Shown: in pieces, positions 1 to 10,789 of the stretch
How the letters are laid out: every line of letters begins with the position of its first letter
Position numbering within the stretch: position 1 is the stretch's first letter
Origin: Pseudoalteromonas translucida KMM 520
GTDB taxonomy: Bacteria; Pseudomonadota; Gammaproteobacteria; Enterobacterales; Alteromonadaceae
Assembly (NCBI RefSeq): GCF_001465295.1
Contig: NZ_CP011034.1
Location: 3,090,001-3,122,000 of the forward strand
Reading direction: 5' to 3'
Length of the DNA: 32,000 nucleotides
Position numbers and translations under genes: made by a program
The notes under the pieces: model-generated
Seen by the model: the letters and a program-made list of their open reading frames with translations, nothing else
Told to the model about the DNA's origin: nothing
Databases searched by the model: none

Positions 1-1259
1 TGGATGACAGTACCGTACGCTTAATGATCATCTTAAAAATTAATTCACTGTCGCGTGGTTATTCTGGTATTCGTTTGCAGGTCATTGAATTTTTTATCCA
101 GCTGCTTAATAGCCAAGTGTACCCTTGCGTGCCTAAAAAAGGCTCAGTGGGCGCATCGGGCGACTTAGCACCGCTTGCTCATATGTGCTTACCGTTACTA
201 GCCGAAGGCCACATGCGCCACCAAGGGCAAATAATCAGTGCCGAACAAGGACTTAAAATTGCGGGGCTAAAACCACTTACCTTAGCCGCTAAAGAAGGCT
301 TAGCCCTTTTAAACGGCACTCAAGCCTCTACTGCTTTTGCATTACAAGGGCTATTTAGAGCAGAAGATTTATACGCACAAAGCTGCGTAATTGGCGCTAT
401 GAGTATTGAAGCGGCCATGGGCAGCAGAGCACCATTTGATGCGCGCATTCATGAAATTCGAGGTCAACAAGGGCAAATAGATACAGCGGCCATATTTAGG
501 GCCTTGCTAGGTCCACAATCACAAATTAGTGAATCTCACGTAAATTGCGAAAAAGTACAAGATCCCTACTCTTTACGCTGTCAGCCACAAGTGCTTGGTG
601 CTTGCTTAACCCAAATTCGCCAGGCGGCAGAAGTTTTATTATGTGAGTCTAACGGCGTAACCGACAACCCGCTGGTATTTGCCGATGTGGGTGATATTAT
701 TTCTGGCGGTAACTTTCATGCCGAGCCGGTGGCAATGGCCGCCGATAACTTAGCTATTGCCATTGCTGAAATTGGCGCACTTGCGGAGCGCCGAATTGCT
801 TTACTAATTGACTCTAGCCTATCTAAATTGCCACCTTTTTTAGTTGAAAATGGCGGCGTAAACTCAGGTTTTATGATCGCCCAAGTAACTGCCGCAGCGC
901 TGGCATCTGAAAACAAATCACTTGCTCACCCAGCTTCTGTAGATAGTTTGCCTACCTCGGCGAATCAAGAAGATCATGTGTCTATGGCCACTTTTGCGGC
1001 AAGGCGCTTGAAGGAAATGGCCGACAACACCCAAGGCGTACTTGCTGTTGAATGGTTAGCGGCCGCGCAGGGGTTAGAGTTTAGAAAGCCGCTTACAGCA
1101 GCTGCTAAAGTAGAACGTGCGAAAAGCTTACTGCGCGAGCATGTAAGCTACTACGATAAAGACCGTTACTTTGCCCCCGATATTGAAGCAGCAAATGCGT
1201 TATTAAACGCAGGCACGTTATGCAACTTTATTGAGGGTAACTGCTTAGTCTCTTATTAA
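1..1259 (+). CDS. hutH: Histidine ammonia-lyase, 5' partial (N-terminus outside window)
   Basis: The frame of ORF 24..1259 stays open back to nt 3 ([16 protein letters not shown]). It has the MIO-forming motif [14 protein letters not shown] typical of histidine and aromatic ammonia-lyases. The whole sequence is HutH-like. Confidence 0.92.
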   Translation, partial: DDSTVRLMIILKINSLSRGYSGIRLQVIEFFIQLLNSQVYPCVPKKGSVGASGDLAPLAHMCLPLLAEGHMRHQGQIISAEQGLKIAGLKPLTLAAKEGLALLNGTQASTAFALQGLFRAEDLYAQSCVIGAMSIEAAMGSRAPFDARIHEIRGQQGQIDTAAIFRALLGPQSQISESHVNCEKVQDPYSLRCQPQVLGACLTQIRQAAEVLLCESNGVTDNPLVFADVGDIISGGNFHAEPVAMAADNLAIAIAEIGALAERRIALLIDSSLSKLPPFLVENGGVNSGFMIAQVTAAALASENKSLAHPASVDSLPTSANQEDHVSMATFAARRLKEMADNTQGVLAVEWLAAAQGLEFRKPLTAAAKVERAKSLLREHVSYYDKDRYFAPDIEAANALLNAGTLCNFIEGNCLVSY

Positions 1260-2026
1260 ATTGCGTATTGGTAACTAAACCCTAATGCCTCAATGGCTGA
1301 GCCTAGCACTTTGCGCTCAGCCGTATCTGCCCCCGTAAAGCGTGGCATTTCGCCGCCATGTTGTTGGCATTTTTGCGCATAGTAATCGCGCTTACAAGGA
1401 TGCGCCGGATTAACTACATTATAAATGCTCTGCCCTTGATGCCAATGCTCAAGCACCGCAAAAATAGCGTTAATCACGTCTTGCTGATGCACCATATTAA
1501 CGACTTGCTCGGCAGAGGTATTTAGCTCTTTTCCTGCAATAAAGCGCCCAGGCTCTCTATTGGGCCCAACTAAACCAGCTAAGCGTAGCACTTTACCGTT
1601 TTGCTCTAGTACTTGCTCTTCAGCTTCATATAGTTTTATTTGTCGCTCGTTTGTACACGAAATATCGCTGCTTTCGCTATATACACCTGGCTCTTGATCG
1701 TACACTCCCGTTGATGAGCAAAGTAAAAAGCCTTTAGCATTCAATTTTTTTGCCAGCGTAAGTGCCGCCGTTAATGTTTGCGCATAATTACTTTCACTGT
1801 GGCGACTACGTGGAGGAATAGCGTACACCCAGTAGGCATTTTGTAAATCAATTTGATGCGTTAACTGGCCATTTTCTAGCAAAAACTGGCGTTCAAAATC
1901 ATGTTCATGCACTGCTGAGCGGTGTGTACCCTGCACTTGCCAACCTGCTTGCTGTGCATTAACGCATAAAGCACTGCCTAGCCAACCCGCGCCTAGTACC
2001 ACTAAGTTGTTACTCTGATGATTCAA
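1256..2026 (-). CDS. NAD(P)-binding Rossmann-fold protein (SDR / epimerase-like family)
   Basis: 256-aa ORF with an N-terminal GxGxxG-type motif ([10 protein letters not shown]). The start at 2026 is TTG; a GTG 8 codons downstream is an alternative. Its stop overlaps the hutH stop within TTAA (convergent genes). Confidence 0.7.
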   Translation of the reverse strand: MNHQSNNLVVLGAGWLGSALCVNAQQAGWQVQGTHRSAVHEHDFERQFLLENGQLTHQIDLQNAYWVYAIPPRSRHSESNYAQTLTAALTLAKKLNAKGFLLCSSTGVYDQEPGVYSESSDISCTNERQIKLYEAEEQVLEQNGKVLRLAGLVGPNREPGRFIAGKELNTSAEQVVNMVHQQDVINAIFAVLEHWHQGQSIYNVVNPAHPCKRDYYAQKCQQHGGEMPRFTGADTAERKVLGSAIEALGFSYQYAI

Positions 2027-2138
2027 TTTATATGACCCCGTTTATTAAAAATAATGTAATTTTTAACTCATTTCATAGAGTTATAAAATTAAATATGCTT
2101 AGATATCTGTTACAAAAACAATAACAACATGTGCACTT

Positions 2139-4174
2139 ATGCTAAATAATTTATCATTAAGAAAAAAAATATTATTATTGATTGGCGGAACAATTACTAT
2201 TTTACTGCTCATTGCCTCTACTTTTTTTGTTAACCATATTGCCAAACTATCCAGAGTTAATATAGAGCGTGAGGCTCAAAGCTACTTACAAAGCGAGCAA
2301 TTATCAATGCAAAGTTACTTTGCTATATACGGTAAAGTGGTTGCTACCTTTATTAATAATCCGCATTTAGTGAATTTTTTTACCGCATGGGATAAGCGCG
2401 ATCAAGCCCTAGAAAATGCCAACGGCTACTTGGCTATAAATCAAGACTTTGTACGCATAAGTGCAAATGATGAAAATATTTTATCCGCTTTTTTTGCCTC
2501 CGCCACTACCGGCGAATACTTTAAAGAAAACGAGCGTACAGCTTATTATAATGGCGAACCTTACTACGCGTACAAACGAGGTTGGTGGCAAGAAGCAATG
2601 CAAATTAATAAGCTTTACGTAGGCCCTATTTCGGTAGACTTAACCACCGGCGATGCCTCAGCAGTTGTACAACAACCCGTTTATAACCCGCAAGGCAAAT
2701 TAATTGGTGTAGGCGGCGTTGACTTACAACTTAATAAAATTAACGACATGGTCGAAAACATTCGCTTTAACGGCCAGGGCTATGGCTTTTTATTAGATGA
2801 TCAACAAAAAGTAGTGCACTTTTCAAAAGCATCTGGCCATAAACTCTCTATCACCGACGAAGGCCCTAACGGTAAAGACGGACTCGATGCGCTTGAACAA
2901 CAATTTAATAATACCTCAGGGTTTAAAACACTTAACAGCGCAATGCAAAATAACCTCGCGGGTAGCCAAACTGTTATGCTTAAAGGCGAGCAATTTTATG
3001 TGGTTTATAACCGCCTACAATTAGAGCAGCCTCATTTAAATTGGTATGTGGGCTTATTAATTCCAACCAGTATGATTGAAGCCCCGGTAAATGCTGCGGT
3101 TACAACCACTACGACCGCCGTTATCATTATTTTAGTGATTATTTTAGCGATGATTTTATGGGCCACCCATATGATTTCAAAACCAATCACCACACTCACG
3201 CATATTATGCGCGACATTGCTTCTGGCGAGGGTGATTTAACCCAAAAAATTAATATTGATAGCCAAGACGAAGTAGGCCAACTGGCTAATCATATGAATA
3301 CCTTTATTGATAAGTTGCGAGCGATGATGCTAGACACCGCAGCGCAAGCTGAGCAATTAAGTGCCGCTGCCGATCAGCTTAAAACGGTATCGCAACAAAC
3401 AAATTCAGAAATTCAGAAATTCAGCAAGAAAAACAACAAGTAGATAGTGTTAGTGCAGCGGTGACAGAAATGGCCACAACCGTGCAAGAAATATCACGTA
3501 ACGCGCAACAAACAAATACCGCAGCAGAGGAAGTACAAGCAATTACTGCCGATGGTGCAAGCCGTTCAAGCCAAGCACAAAGTGTAATGAGTGCGCTGGC
3601 TGAACATATTGGCGAAGCCTCTAAGGTGGTTGCCGGACTTGAGCAAGAAAGTAATAACATAGGCGCACTGGTTGATGTAATTAACTCAATTGCCGATCAA
3701 ACCAACTTACTCGCGCTTAATGCAGCCATAGAAGCGGCCCGCGCCGGAGAACATGGCCGCGGCTTTGCCGTTGTTGCCGATGAAGTTCGCTCTTTGGCGA
3801 GTCGTACACAAGAGTCAACCGACGATATTCGCAATATGATTACCCGTTTACAGCAAATTGCTCAGCAAGCCTCAAGCATGATGCTACAAGGGCAAAAGCA
3901 AACCGAAGAATCTGTGTTGCAAACACAAGAAGTACTTAGCTCACTGCAAAGCATTGCCCTGTCGGTAACTAAAGTACAAGATCAAAGTCATCAAATTGCC
4001 ACCTCTACCGAGCAACAAACGGTAGTAGCAGAAGATATTAATACCAGCCTTAGTGCCATTAATAGCTTAGTTAATAGTACCGCAGAGCATGCACACACAC
4101 TAGCCAATGAAGCGCATGATTTAAGTGACCTTGCAGAGGCATTAAATAAAACGGTAAACCAGTTTAAACTATAA
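2139..4174 (+). pseudogene. Methyl-accepting chemotaxis protein, frameshifted (split into ORFs 2139..3443 and 3461..4174)
   Basis: The first ORF carries an N-terminal TM, a Cache-like periplasmic domain, a second TM (AVIIILVIILAMILWA) and a HAMP domain. The second ORF, in another frame, carries the MCP signalling hairpin ([35 protein letters not shown]). Removing one copy of the AAATTCAG x3 repeat at 3401..3424 joins them into ...[32 protein letters not shown]..., a protein of about 675 aa. Confidence 0.85.
3401..3424 (+). repeat. Perfect tandem triplication of the octamer AAATTCAG at the MCP frameshift point
   Basis: Read directly: copies at 3401-3408, 3409-3416 and 3417-3424. Because 8 mod 3 = 2, two copies would restore the reading frame. 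Confidence 0.95.
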
Positions 4175-4591
4175 ACGTCGGCTACTTATATTTAAGCGCT
4201 TGAGGATAAACTTTAAGCGCTTATTACCCCCTTGTTTTTAATTTATTCAGCACCATATCTTTGAGTGGCTGTTGATATTTCACAGTGAAAACTTACTCAA
4301 TATCACTAGCTTTGCTAGCAGTTTTCACCTCGTATAAAAATATATAGCAATTTTATGTACTAGATTAAGTTTTTCTATTTTTAATCCATATCTTTTGAGT
4401 GAGATGGTTTGTTGTTTAGCAGAGTCTGGTATAGTAGCACACGTAATAAACAGTGCTTTTTGAACGGTTTAATACAAAATTGCTAATTAATGTGTCCTCG
4501 GTGTTACTTTAAAGAATACATTAATTATCAATTGTTAAAAATGGGTTAGCCGATGTACGGCTGGCAAAAAATACATTGTAACGGTTTTATC

Positions 4592-7300
4592 ATGATATCT
4601 AATTTATTTACCAAGATTTTTGGTAGTCGCAATGACCGCACTATTAAAAACCTAAGAAAGACGGTCGCACTGATCAATGCACTTGAAACGCAATTAGAAG
4701 CGCTTTCTGATGACGATTTAAAAGCGAAAACAGCAGAGTTTAGAGAACGTTACGATAACGGACAAAGCCTTGACGACTTATTACCTGAAGCATTTGCTGT
4801 GGTACGTGAAGCATCTAAACGTGTAAATGGCATGCGTCACTTTGACGTACAGCTACTCGGTGGCATGGTACTGCACCAAGGCCGCATTGCAGAAATGCGT
4901 ACCGGTGAAGGTAAAACACTCACAGCTACATTACCTGCTTACTTAAATGGTTTAACTGGTAAGGGCGTACACGTAATTACCGTGAACGACTACCTAGCTA
5001 AACGTGATGCGGAAACTAACCGTCCGTTATTTGAGTTTTTAGGCTTAACAGTAGGCTGTAACGTACCGGGTATGATGCCACAGCAGAAAAAACAAGCTTA
5101 TGTTGCCGATATTACTTACGGTACTAATAATGAGTTTGGTTTTGACTACCTGCGTGACAACATGGCCTTTAGCATAGATGAGCGTGTACAACGTCCATTA
5201 TTTTATGCTGTTGTCGATGAAGTGGATTCTATCTTAATTGATGAAGCCCGTACGCCCCTTATTATTTCAGGCCCTGCTGAGGACAGCTCAGAGCTATACA
5301 CTGAAATTAATACCATGGTGCCTTTACTTGAACTACAAGAAAAAGAAGACGAAGAAGGTATTGAAGGCGATGGCGATTTCACTATTGATGAAAAATCTAA
5401 GCAAGTTCATTTAACTGAACGTGGCCAAATTAAAGTAGAAGAGCTACTTACTGAGCGCGGCTTAATTGCAGAAGGCGATTCGCTTTACTCTGCAGCCAGC
5501 ATTACGCTACTAAGCCATGTTTATGCAGCGCTTCGTGCTCATAAGCTTTATCAAAAAGATGTTGATTACGTTGTAAAAGAAAACGAAGTTATCATTATTG
5601 ATGAGCACACTGGTCGTTCAATGGAAGGTCGTCGTTGGTCAGAAGGTTTACACCAAGCTGTTGAAGCTAAAGAAGGCGTAAATATTCAAAACGAAAACCA
5701 AACGCTTGCATCTATTACCTTTCAAAACTATTTCCGCTTATACGAAACACTTGCGGGCATGACAGGTACAGCCGATACAGAAGCATTTGAGTTTCAGTCT
5801 ATTTACGGCCTAGACACAGTTGTTACACCAACTAATAAGCCAATGGTTCGTGATGATCGCGCCGACTTAGTGTACCTAACGCAAGAAGAAAAATACGAAG
5901 CTATTTTAGTTGATATTAAAGACTGCCAAGAGCGCGGACAACCTGTACTTGTAGGTACTATTTCAATTGAAAGCTCTGAGTATTTATCACAGTTTTTACG
6001 TAAAGAAAAAATTAAACACAACGTGCTTAATGCTAAATTTCATGCGCAAGAAGCTGATATCGTTTCAGATGCTGGCCTACCAGGCACAGTAACTATTGCC
6101 ACTAACATGGCTGGCCGTGGTACCGATATTGTACTTGGTGGTAATTGGCACAGCGAAGTTGAAAAGCTTGAAAACCCAACTGATGAACAAATTGCTGAGA
6201 TTAAAGCAGCATGGAAAATACGCCATGACGCAGTAATTGATGCAGGTGGTTTACATATTATTGGTACTGAACGCCATGAATCTCGTCGTATAGATAACCA
6301 ATTACGTGGTCGTTCTGGTCGTCAAGGTGATGCCGGCTCAAGCCGTTTTTACTTATCGATGGACGATGCGTTAATGCGTATTTTTGCTGGCGAGCGCATG
6401 ACTAACATGATGCGTAAACTAGGTATGCAACGCGGTGAAGCGATTGAACATCCATGGGTTAACCGTGCGATTGAAAATGCACAGCGTAAAGTAGAAGCAC
6501 GTAACTTTGATGTGCGTAAGCAATTACTTGAATACGATGATGTAGCAAACGATCAACGCCGTGTGGTTTACTCACAGCGTAACGAACTACTTGAAGAAGG
6601 CGATATTTCAGAAACTATCACGGTTATTCGTGGTGATGTGCTGAGTAATATTATTGATCAGTACATTGCACCGCAAAGCTTAGCTGAAATGTGGGATGTA
6701 CCAGGCCTTGAAGAGCGCTTAAAACAAGACTTCTTAATTGAACTGCCAATTACTCAGTGGTTAGCTGATGACAATAAACTCTATGAAGAAAAACTTCGTG
6801 AGCGCATTGAAGAGTCGGTTGGGCAAGCATATAAGCAAAAAGAAGAGATGGTAGGCGATTCAGTACTACGTCAATTCGAAAAAGCGATTATGTTACAAAG
6901 TCTAGATCAGCATTGGAAAGATCACCTGGCAGCAATGGATCATTTACGCCAAGGTATTCATTTACGTGGTTATGCGCAAAAAAATCCAAAGCAAGAGTAC
7001 AAGCGTGAATCGTTTGAGCTATTCGCTGAAATGCTAGAAAACTTAAAAATAGATGTAGTAAGTATTTTAAGCAAAGTACAAGTACGCGCCGAAGAAGATG
7101 TTGAAAAAGTAGAAGAGCAACACCGTAAAAGTGAAAACGCTCCTCGCGAATATCAGCATGAAGAAGTTGAGCATGTAGGCGGCGAAGCACCACAAAGCGC
7201 AACTGTAATGGCACGTAGCGAGCCAAAAGTAGGCCGTAACGATCCTTGTCCTTGTGGCTCAGGTCAAAAATTTAAGCAATGTTGTGGTAAATTAAAATAA
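4592..7300 (+). CDS. secA: Preprotein translocase ATPase SecA
   Basis: The start is set at ATG 4592 because [21 protein letters not shown] matches the canonical SecA N-terminus. It has Walker A MRTGEGKT, a DEVD box and the C-terminal zinc motif [14 protein letters not shown]. mutT lies directly downstream, as in E. coli. Confidence 0.97.
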   Translation: MISNLFTKIFGSRNDRTIKNLRKTVALINALETQLEALSDDDLKAKTAEFRERYDNGQSLDDLLPEAFAVVREASKRVNGMRHFDVQLLGGMVLHQGRIAEMRTGEGKTLTATLPAYLNGLTGKGVHVITVNDYLAKRDAETNRPLFEFLGLTVGCNVPGMMPQQKKQAYVADITYGTNNEFGFDYLRDNMAFSIDERVQRPLFYAVVDEVDSILIDEARTPLIISGPAEDSSELYTEINTMVPLLELQEKEDEEGIEGDGDFTIDEKSKQVHLTERGQIKVEELLTERGLIAEGDSLYSAASITLLSHVYAALRAHKLYQKDVDYVVKENEVIIIDEHTGRSMEGRRWSEGLHQAVEAKEGVNIQNENQTLASITFQNYFRLYETLAGMTGTADTEAFEFQSIYGLDTVVTPTNKPMVRDDRADLVYLTQEEKYEAILVDIKDCQERGQPVLVGTISIESSEYLSQFLRKEKIKHNVLNAKFHAQEADIVSDAGLPGTVTIATNMAGRGTDIVLGGNWHSEVEKLENPTDEQIAEIKAAWKIRHDAVIDAGGLHIIGTERHESRRIDNQLRGRSGRQGDAGSSRFYLSMDDALMRIFAGERMTNMMRKLGMQRGEAIEHPWVNRAIENAQRKVEARNFDVRKQLLEYDDVANDQRRVVYSQRNELLEEGDISETITVIRGDVLSNIIDQYIAPQSLAEMWDVPGLEERLKQDFLIELPITQWLADDNKLYEEKLRERIEESVGQAYKQKEEMVGDSVLRQFEKAIMLQSLDQHWKDHLAAMDHLRQGIHLRGYAQKNPKQEYKRESFELFAEMLENLKIDVVSILSKVQVRAEEDVEKVEEQHRKSENAPREYQHEEVEHVGGEAPQSATVMARSEPKVGRNDPCPCGSGQKFKQCCGKLK

Positions 7301-7323
7301 TCCAATAGTGTAATAAATTTCGT

Positions 7324-7351
7324 AAAAAGCGGCGCTTGCGTCGCTTTTTTT
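7324..7351 (+). terminator. Intrinsic terminator after secA
   Basis: AAAAAGCGGCGC-TTGC-GTCGCTTTTTTT: a GC-rich stem of about 7 bp (one G-U) with a 4-nt loop, followed by a T7 run. Confidence 0.75.
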
Positions 7352-7372
7352 ATGGTGTTTAAGGGAGATAAA

Positions 7373-7771
7373 ATGACTAGTATAATTGTAAATGTGGCTG
7401 TTGGCGTAATTAAAAAAAATAACGCTCTGTTTATTTGCAAGCGAGCAAATGATCAACATCAAGGAGGTTTGTGGGAGTTTCCTGGTGGTAAAATTGAAGC
7501 CGGTGAAAGTGTTTTTAGAGCACTTAAGCGTGAACTTCAAGAAGAGATTGGCATCACTATTTTTAGCTCCAGTGAGTTGCTAACAATAAAACACGATTAC
7601 GATGATAAAACGGTAAAGCTGAACGTGCATGTGGTGAGTAACTTTAGTGGTGAAGCACATGGCGCAGAAGGGCAAGATAATGCTTGGGTAAGTATTGACG
7701 AGCTAGATAACTACGAGTTTCCAGCAGCTAACGCCGATATTATTAGCGCTATAAAAGCGAAATATATTTAA
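7373..7771 (+). CDS. mutT: 8-oxo-dGTP diphosphatase (Nudix hydrolase MutT)
   Basis: Nudix box GGKIEAGESVFRALKRELQEEIGI. ATG 7373 is preceded by a GGGAG Shine-Dalgarno 6 nt upstream. Conserved position after secA. Confidence 0.85.
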   Translation: MTSIIVNVAVGVIKKNNALFICKRANDQHQGGLWEFPGGKIEAGESVFRALKRELQEEIGITIFSSSELLTIKHDYDDKTVKLNVHVVSNFSGEAHGAEGQDNAWVSIDELDNYEFPAANADIISAIKAKYI

Positions 7772-7841
7772 CGCTTAATATTTGGCTATATTCATCTAGT
7801 AAAATAATAATAACAATAAACCGCCATTATTAGGCAGCTAT

Positions 7842-7877
7842 AAAAAGGCCAGCAAGTTAACACTTGCTGGCCTTTTT
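7842..7877. terminator. Bidirectional intrinsic terminator between convergent mutT and the M13 peptidase gene
   Basis: AAAAA-GGCCAGCAAG-TTAACA-CTTGCTGGCC-TTTTT: a perfect 10-bp stem flanked by an A-run and a T-run. Confidence 0.85.
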
Positions 7878-7907
7878 AGTTAGGTACTTCCTAGTTAGGT
7901 AATTAAA

Positions 7908-9980
7908 TTACCAAATTTTTACGCGGTCCTCTGGTTTAATATACATTTTGTCGCCTTCCTTAACGTCAAATGCTTTATAAAACTCAGGCATATTCGATAA
8001 AATACCAATTACGCGGTAATGACTAGGCGAATGCGGGTCGGTCATTAGACGGTTACGCAGCGCTTCATCGCGATACTTACGACGCCAAATTTGTGACCAG
8101 CCCATAAAGAAACGCTGATCGCCAGTGTAGCCATCAATTACTGGAGCCTTAGAATTACCTAAAGATAGCATATACGCTTTATGCGCAACCGTAAGGCCGC
8201 CTAAATCGCCAATATTTTCACCTAACGTCAATTCACCATTTACGCCAGCATCGGGAAAAGGTTTGTATTCATTATACTGAGCTACTAAAGCCGCGGTACG
8301 CTGTTCAAACTGCTTAAGGTCAGACTCGCTCCACCAGTTACGTAAATTACCGTCGCCGTCGTATTTAGCACCTTGGTCGTCAAAACCATGGCCTAACTCA
8401 TGGCCAATTACCGCGCCAATAGCACCGTAATTTACTGCATCATCTGCTTCTAAGTTAAAAAATGGCGGCTGTAAAATAGCTGCTGGAAATACAATTTCGT
8501 TATTTACTGGGTTGTAGTATGCATTCACAGTTTGTGGTGTCATGTGCCACTCTGAACGGTCTACCGGTTTATCCAATTTAGCAATCATATCGCTGTAAGC
8601 CCATTCGCTATAACGAATGTAGTTACCGACTAATTCATCAGGGTTAATCTCTAACGCTGAGTAGTCTTTCCACTTATCTGGGTAGCCAATTTTAGGCGTA
8701 AACTTGTCTAGTTTTTCTTGAGCGGCAATTTTAGTTTCCGGGCTCATCCACTCTAAATTTTCAATCGCAACACCGTAGCCTTTAATTACGTTATCAACCA
8801 ACTCTTCCATACGCGCTTTCGCTTCTGGTGGAAAGTTCTCTTTAACGTACACTTTACCTAAAATCTCACCTAGCACACTGTTTGAAGCATCAACCGCTTG
8901 CTTCCAAAGTGGTGCTTGTTCTTCTACACCACGTAAAGTTGTGCTGTAAAAATTAAACTTAAGGTCCACCAACTCTTTATCGAGTAGCTGAGCGTAGTTA
9001 CTTACAAAGTGAAACTTAAGGTAATTTTGCCATGTTGCTAAATCGGTGTTTTTATAAATAGTCGCAAATTTTTCAAAGTAGCTCGGCTGGCTAATAATTA
9101 ACTCTTCGGGGTTTATGCCTATCGCTTTAAAGTAACTAGCAAGATCAAAGTCACCCATTAGTTTATTTGCTTGTGCAAGGCTCATTTTATTATAAGACTT
9201 GGTTGCATCACGGCTCTCTACTCGACTCCACTGCGCCTCAGCAAGGTTTTTTTCCAGCGCTAATATATTTTTAGCCACTGCCTCTGTATTTTCAACCCCT
9301 GATTTGGCTAAGATTTTCGCAATGTAAGCTTGATAAGAAGCACGAATTTTAGTGAATTTTTCATCATCTTTTAAATAATAATCACGATCGGGCAAACCTA
9401 ACCCGGCTTGATACGCATACAATGCATTTTCGCTGGAGTTTTTAGCGTCATTATTTACATACCAACCAAATGGCAAGTCGCCGCCTTTAATCTGTAATTG
9501 CGCCATTAAAGTAACTAAATCTTTTTTACCTTTAACGGCGTCAATGCTTGCCAATGATGGCTCAAGTGGCTGGATGCCAAGTTCTTCGCGCGCTTCTTCT
9601 GCCATGTAGCTATTATAAAATGCCGCTAACTTAGCCTCATCACTGCCTTTTTCAACATTGCTATTTGCTGCCGCACTTTCAAGTACTGTTTTCATCGCCT
9701 TTTGCGATTCGTCATATAATTGCGAAAACGAACCGTAGTTAGATTTATCGCCAGGAATTTCGGTTTTAGCTAGCCATTGACCATTTACATGGTAATAAAA
9801 ATCGTCTTGAGCACGTACCGATTTATCCATATTTTCCAGCTCAATACCTAAGGCAAAAGGAGCTGGAACTGGAGCGCTAACCGCGGCGGTTTCGTTTACT
9901 TTAATTTCTTGTTGTTCACCACAACCAACCAACCCAAGTGCCAGCGCAATACCTGCGGCGGTCATTGTTATTTTAATCAT
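7908..9980 (-). CDS. M13-family zinc metallopeptidase (PepO / endothelin-converting-enzyme-like), lipoprotein
   Basis: HExxH zinc motif in VIGHELGHGF and the downstream GENIGDLGG motif. The N-terminal signal has a lipobox (ALGLVGC). Confidence 0.9.
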   Translation of the reverse strand: MIKITMTAAGIALALGLVGCGEQQEIKVNETAAVSAPVPAPFALGIELENMDKSVRAQDDFYYHVNGQWLAKTEIPGDKSNYGSFSQLYDESQKAMKTVLESAAANSNVEKGSDEAKLAAFYNSYMAEEAREELGIQPLEPSLASIDAVKGKKDLVTLMAQLQIKGGDLPFGWYVNNDAKNSSENALYAYQAGLGLPDRDYYLKDDEKFTKIRASYQAYIAKILAKSGVENTEAVAKNILALEKNLAEAQWSRVESRDATKSYNKMSLAQANKLMGDFDLASYFKAIGINPEELIISQPSYFEKFATIYKNTDLATWQNYLKFHFVSNYAQLLDKELVDLKFNFYSTTLRGVEEQAPLWKQAVDASNSVLGEILGKVYVKENFPPEAKARMEELVDNVIKGYGVAIENLEWMSPETKIAAQEKLDKFTPKIGYPDKWKDYSALEINPDELVGNYIRYSEWAYSDMIAKLDKPVDRSEWHMTPQTVNAYYNPVNNEIVFPAAILQPPFFNLEADDAVNYGAIGAVIGHELGHGFDDQGAKYDGDGNLRNWWSESDLKQFEQRTAALVAQYNEYKPFPDAGVNGELTLGENIGDLGGLTVAHKAYMLSLGNSKAPVIDGYTGDQRFFMGWSQIWRRKYRDEALRNRLMTDPHSPSHYRVIGILSNMPEFYKAFDVKEGDKMYIKPEDRVKIW

Positions 9981-10177
9981 AAGGATTCCGTTTGTTAGTT
10001 AAAATAAATACCTATTTCATTAACTAAAGCTGCGTAATGACATTTTATGTACTTTTACTTAATGAAATAAGCATCAACTGCAACCTAATAAATAGGCCTA
10101 TTAAGTAACTATCATAAACCTCATTGGGGTAACAATAAAATTGAATATGTAACAAAGTATTATAATGCGATGAGTGA

Positions 10178-10207
10178 CTCACATAGTGCTATCAATAACT
10201 ATGTGAG
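10178..10207. repeat. Perfect 10-bp inverted repeat CTCACATAGT-N10-ACTATGTGAG
   Basis: Read directly. It lies 23 nt downstream of the DUF721 gene stop and upstream of the M13 peptidase gene. No U-tract follows on either strand. Confidence 0.9.
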
Positions 10208-10229
10208 CTTATAAACGCGCTATTAGCCG

Positions 10230-10709
10230 CTAGGTTTTACGCTTTGCGTGCAGTGCTAAACGCTCTAACTTTTCTTTTAACGAAGGGGGGGCTGAGGCGG
10301 CTATAGCATTTAAGTAATCGGCTGTTTGTTCGCTCATTTTACGCGAATTAGTTATTGGGGTATTAATGGTTTTACTTACTGCGCCCAAGCGTTGTGTTGC
10401 TTGTGGATTAGCGGTAATTTTTATTTGTCCAAGCTCTGCCATGCCCGCGGCTCTAAAATGCGAGAGCATATCCATTTTTAAGTAATTAAGCCTAAGCGCA
10501 ATAGGCGCAGATACCGCTTCGATCATTAAAGTACCATCGCGGTAGTTACTCACGCGGCATTTATCACCGAGTTTGGGGCCTAAAAAGTCTTTAAGTAAGG
10601 TTTGCTGGGTATCGAGTGCTTGGCTTTTACCTGCATAAGCCGACAAGCGGTTATTCAGTCCTGCCATAATGTCAGTTAATGGTTTTGGCGCATACCTGTC
10701 TTTAGCCAT
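10230..10709 (-). CDS. DUF721 / DciA-like protein
   Basis: 159-aa ORF whose core (LLKDFLGPKLGDKCRVSNYRDGTLMIEAVSAPIALRLNYLKMDMLSHF) fits the DUF721 pattern as I recall it. The functional assignment as a DciA helicase-loader is inference. Confidence 0.65.
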   Translation of the reverse strand: MAKDRYAPKPLTDIMAGLNNRLSAYAGKSQALDTQQTLLKDFLGPKLGDKCRVSNYRDGTLMIEAVSAPIALRLNYLKMDMLSHFRAAGMAELGQIKITANPQATQRLGAVSKTINTPITNSRKMSEQTADYLNAIAASAPPSLKEKLERLALHAKRKT

Positions 10710-10789
10710 TTAACACCTCGTAAAAACTCAATAATGCGGTTACTCAAATCGAAATAACCCTCGACTTGAGTATACACTGAGCGCAGTGA

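Noticed and set aside
1256-1259. Overlap of the convergent hutH and SDR stop codons in TTAA
   Set aside because: The overlap is real but is a trivial consequence of the palindromic TTAA. It suggests no function beyond the lack of room for a terminator between the two genes.
3421-3660. 79-aa minus-strand ORF (also 3032..3217, 716..916, 12268..12456, 15312..15518, 16345..16533, 16839..17027, 17143..17391, 18775..18999, 23583..23810, 24266..24448, 25390..25596, 25813..26004, 27752..28021, 29243..29509, 30579..30788, 31121..31354, 7292..7540)
   Set aside because: All overlap better-supported CDSs, almost all on the opposite strand (16345..16533 is same-strand but out of frame within cytochrome c4), or span promoter regions. 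They have biased composition and no motifs, so I treat them as spurious shadow ORFs.
4553-4591. N-terminal extensions suggested by the ORF track: secA from 4553, mutT from 7352, polA from 22606, rep from 29481, can from 31344, hemN from 12928
   Set aside because: Downstream in-frame ATGs reproduce the canonical N-termini of the respective families. They also have better SD spacing or avoid overlap with the neighbouring gene or terminator.
4175-4591. secM-like arrest-peptide gene upstream of secA
   Set aside because: There is no ORF of suitable length (only frames of about 19 codons or fewer) and no arrest-motif-like sequence. See the finding on the leader instead.
6888-7226. 112-aa minus-strand ORF (and 5803..6021)
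   Set aside because: Shadow ORFs antisense to secA.
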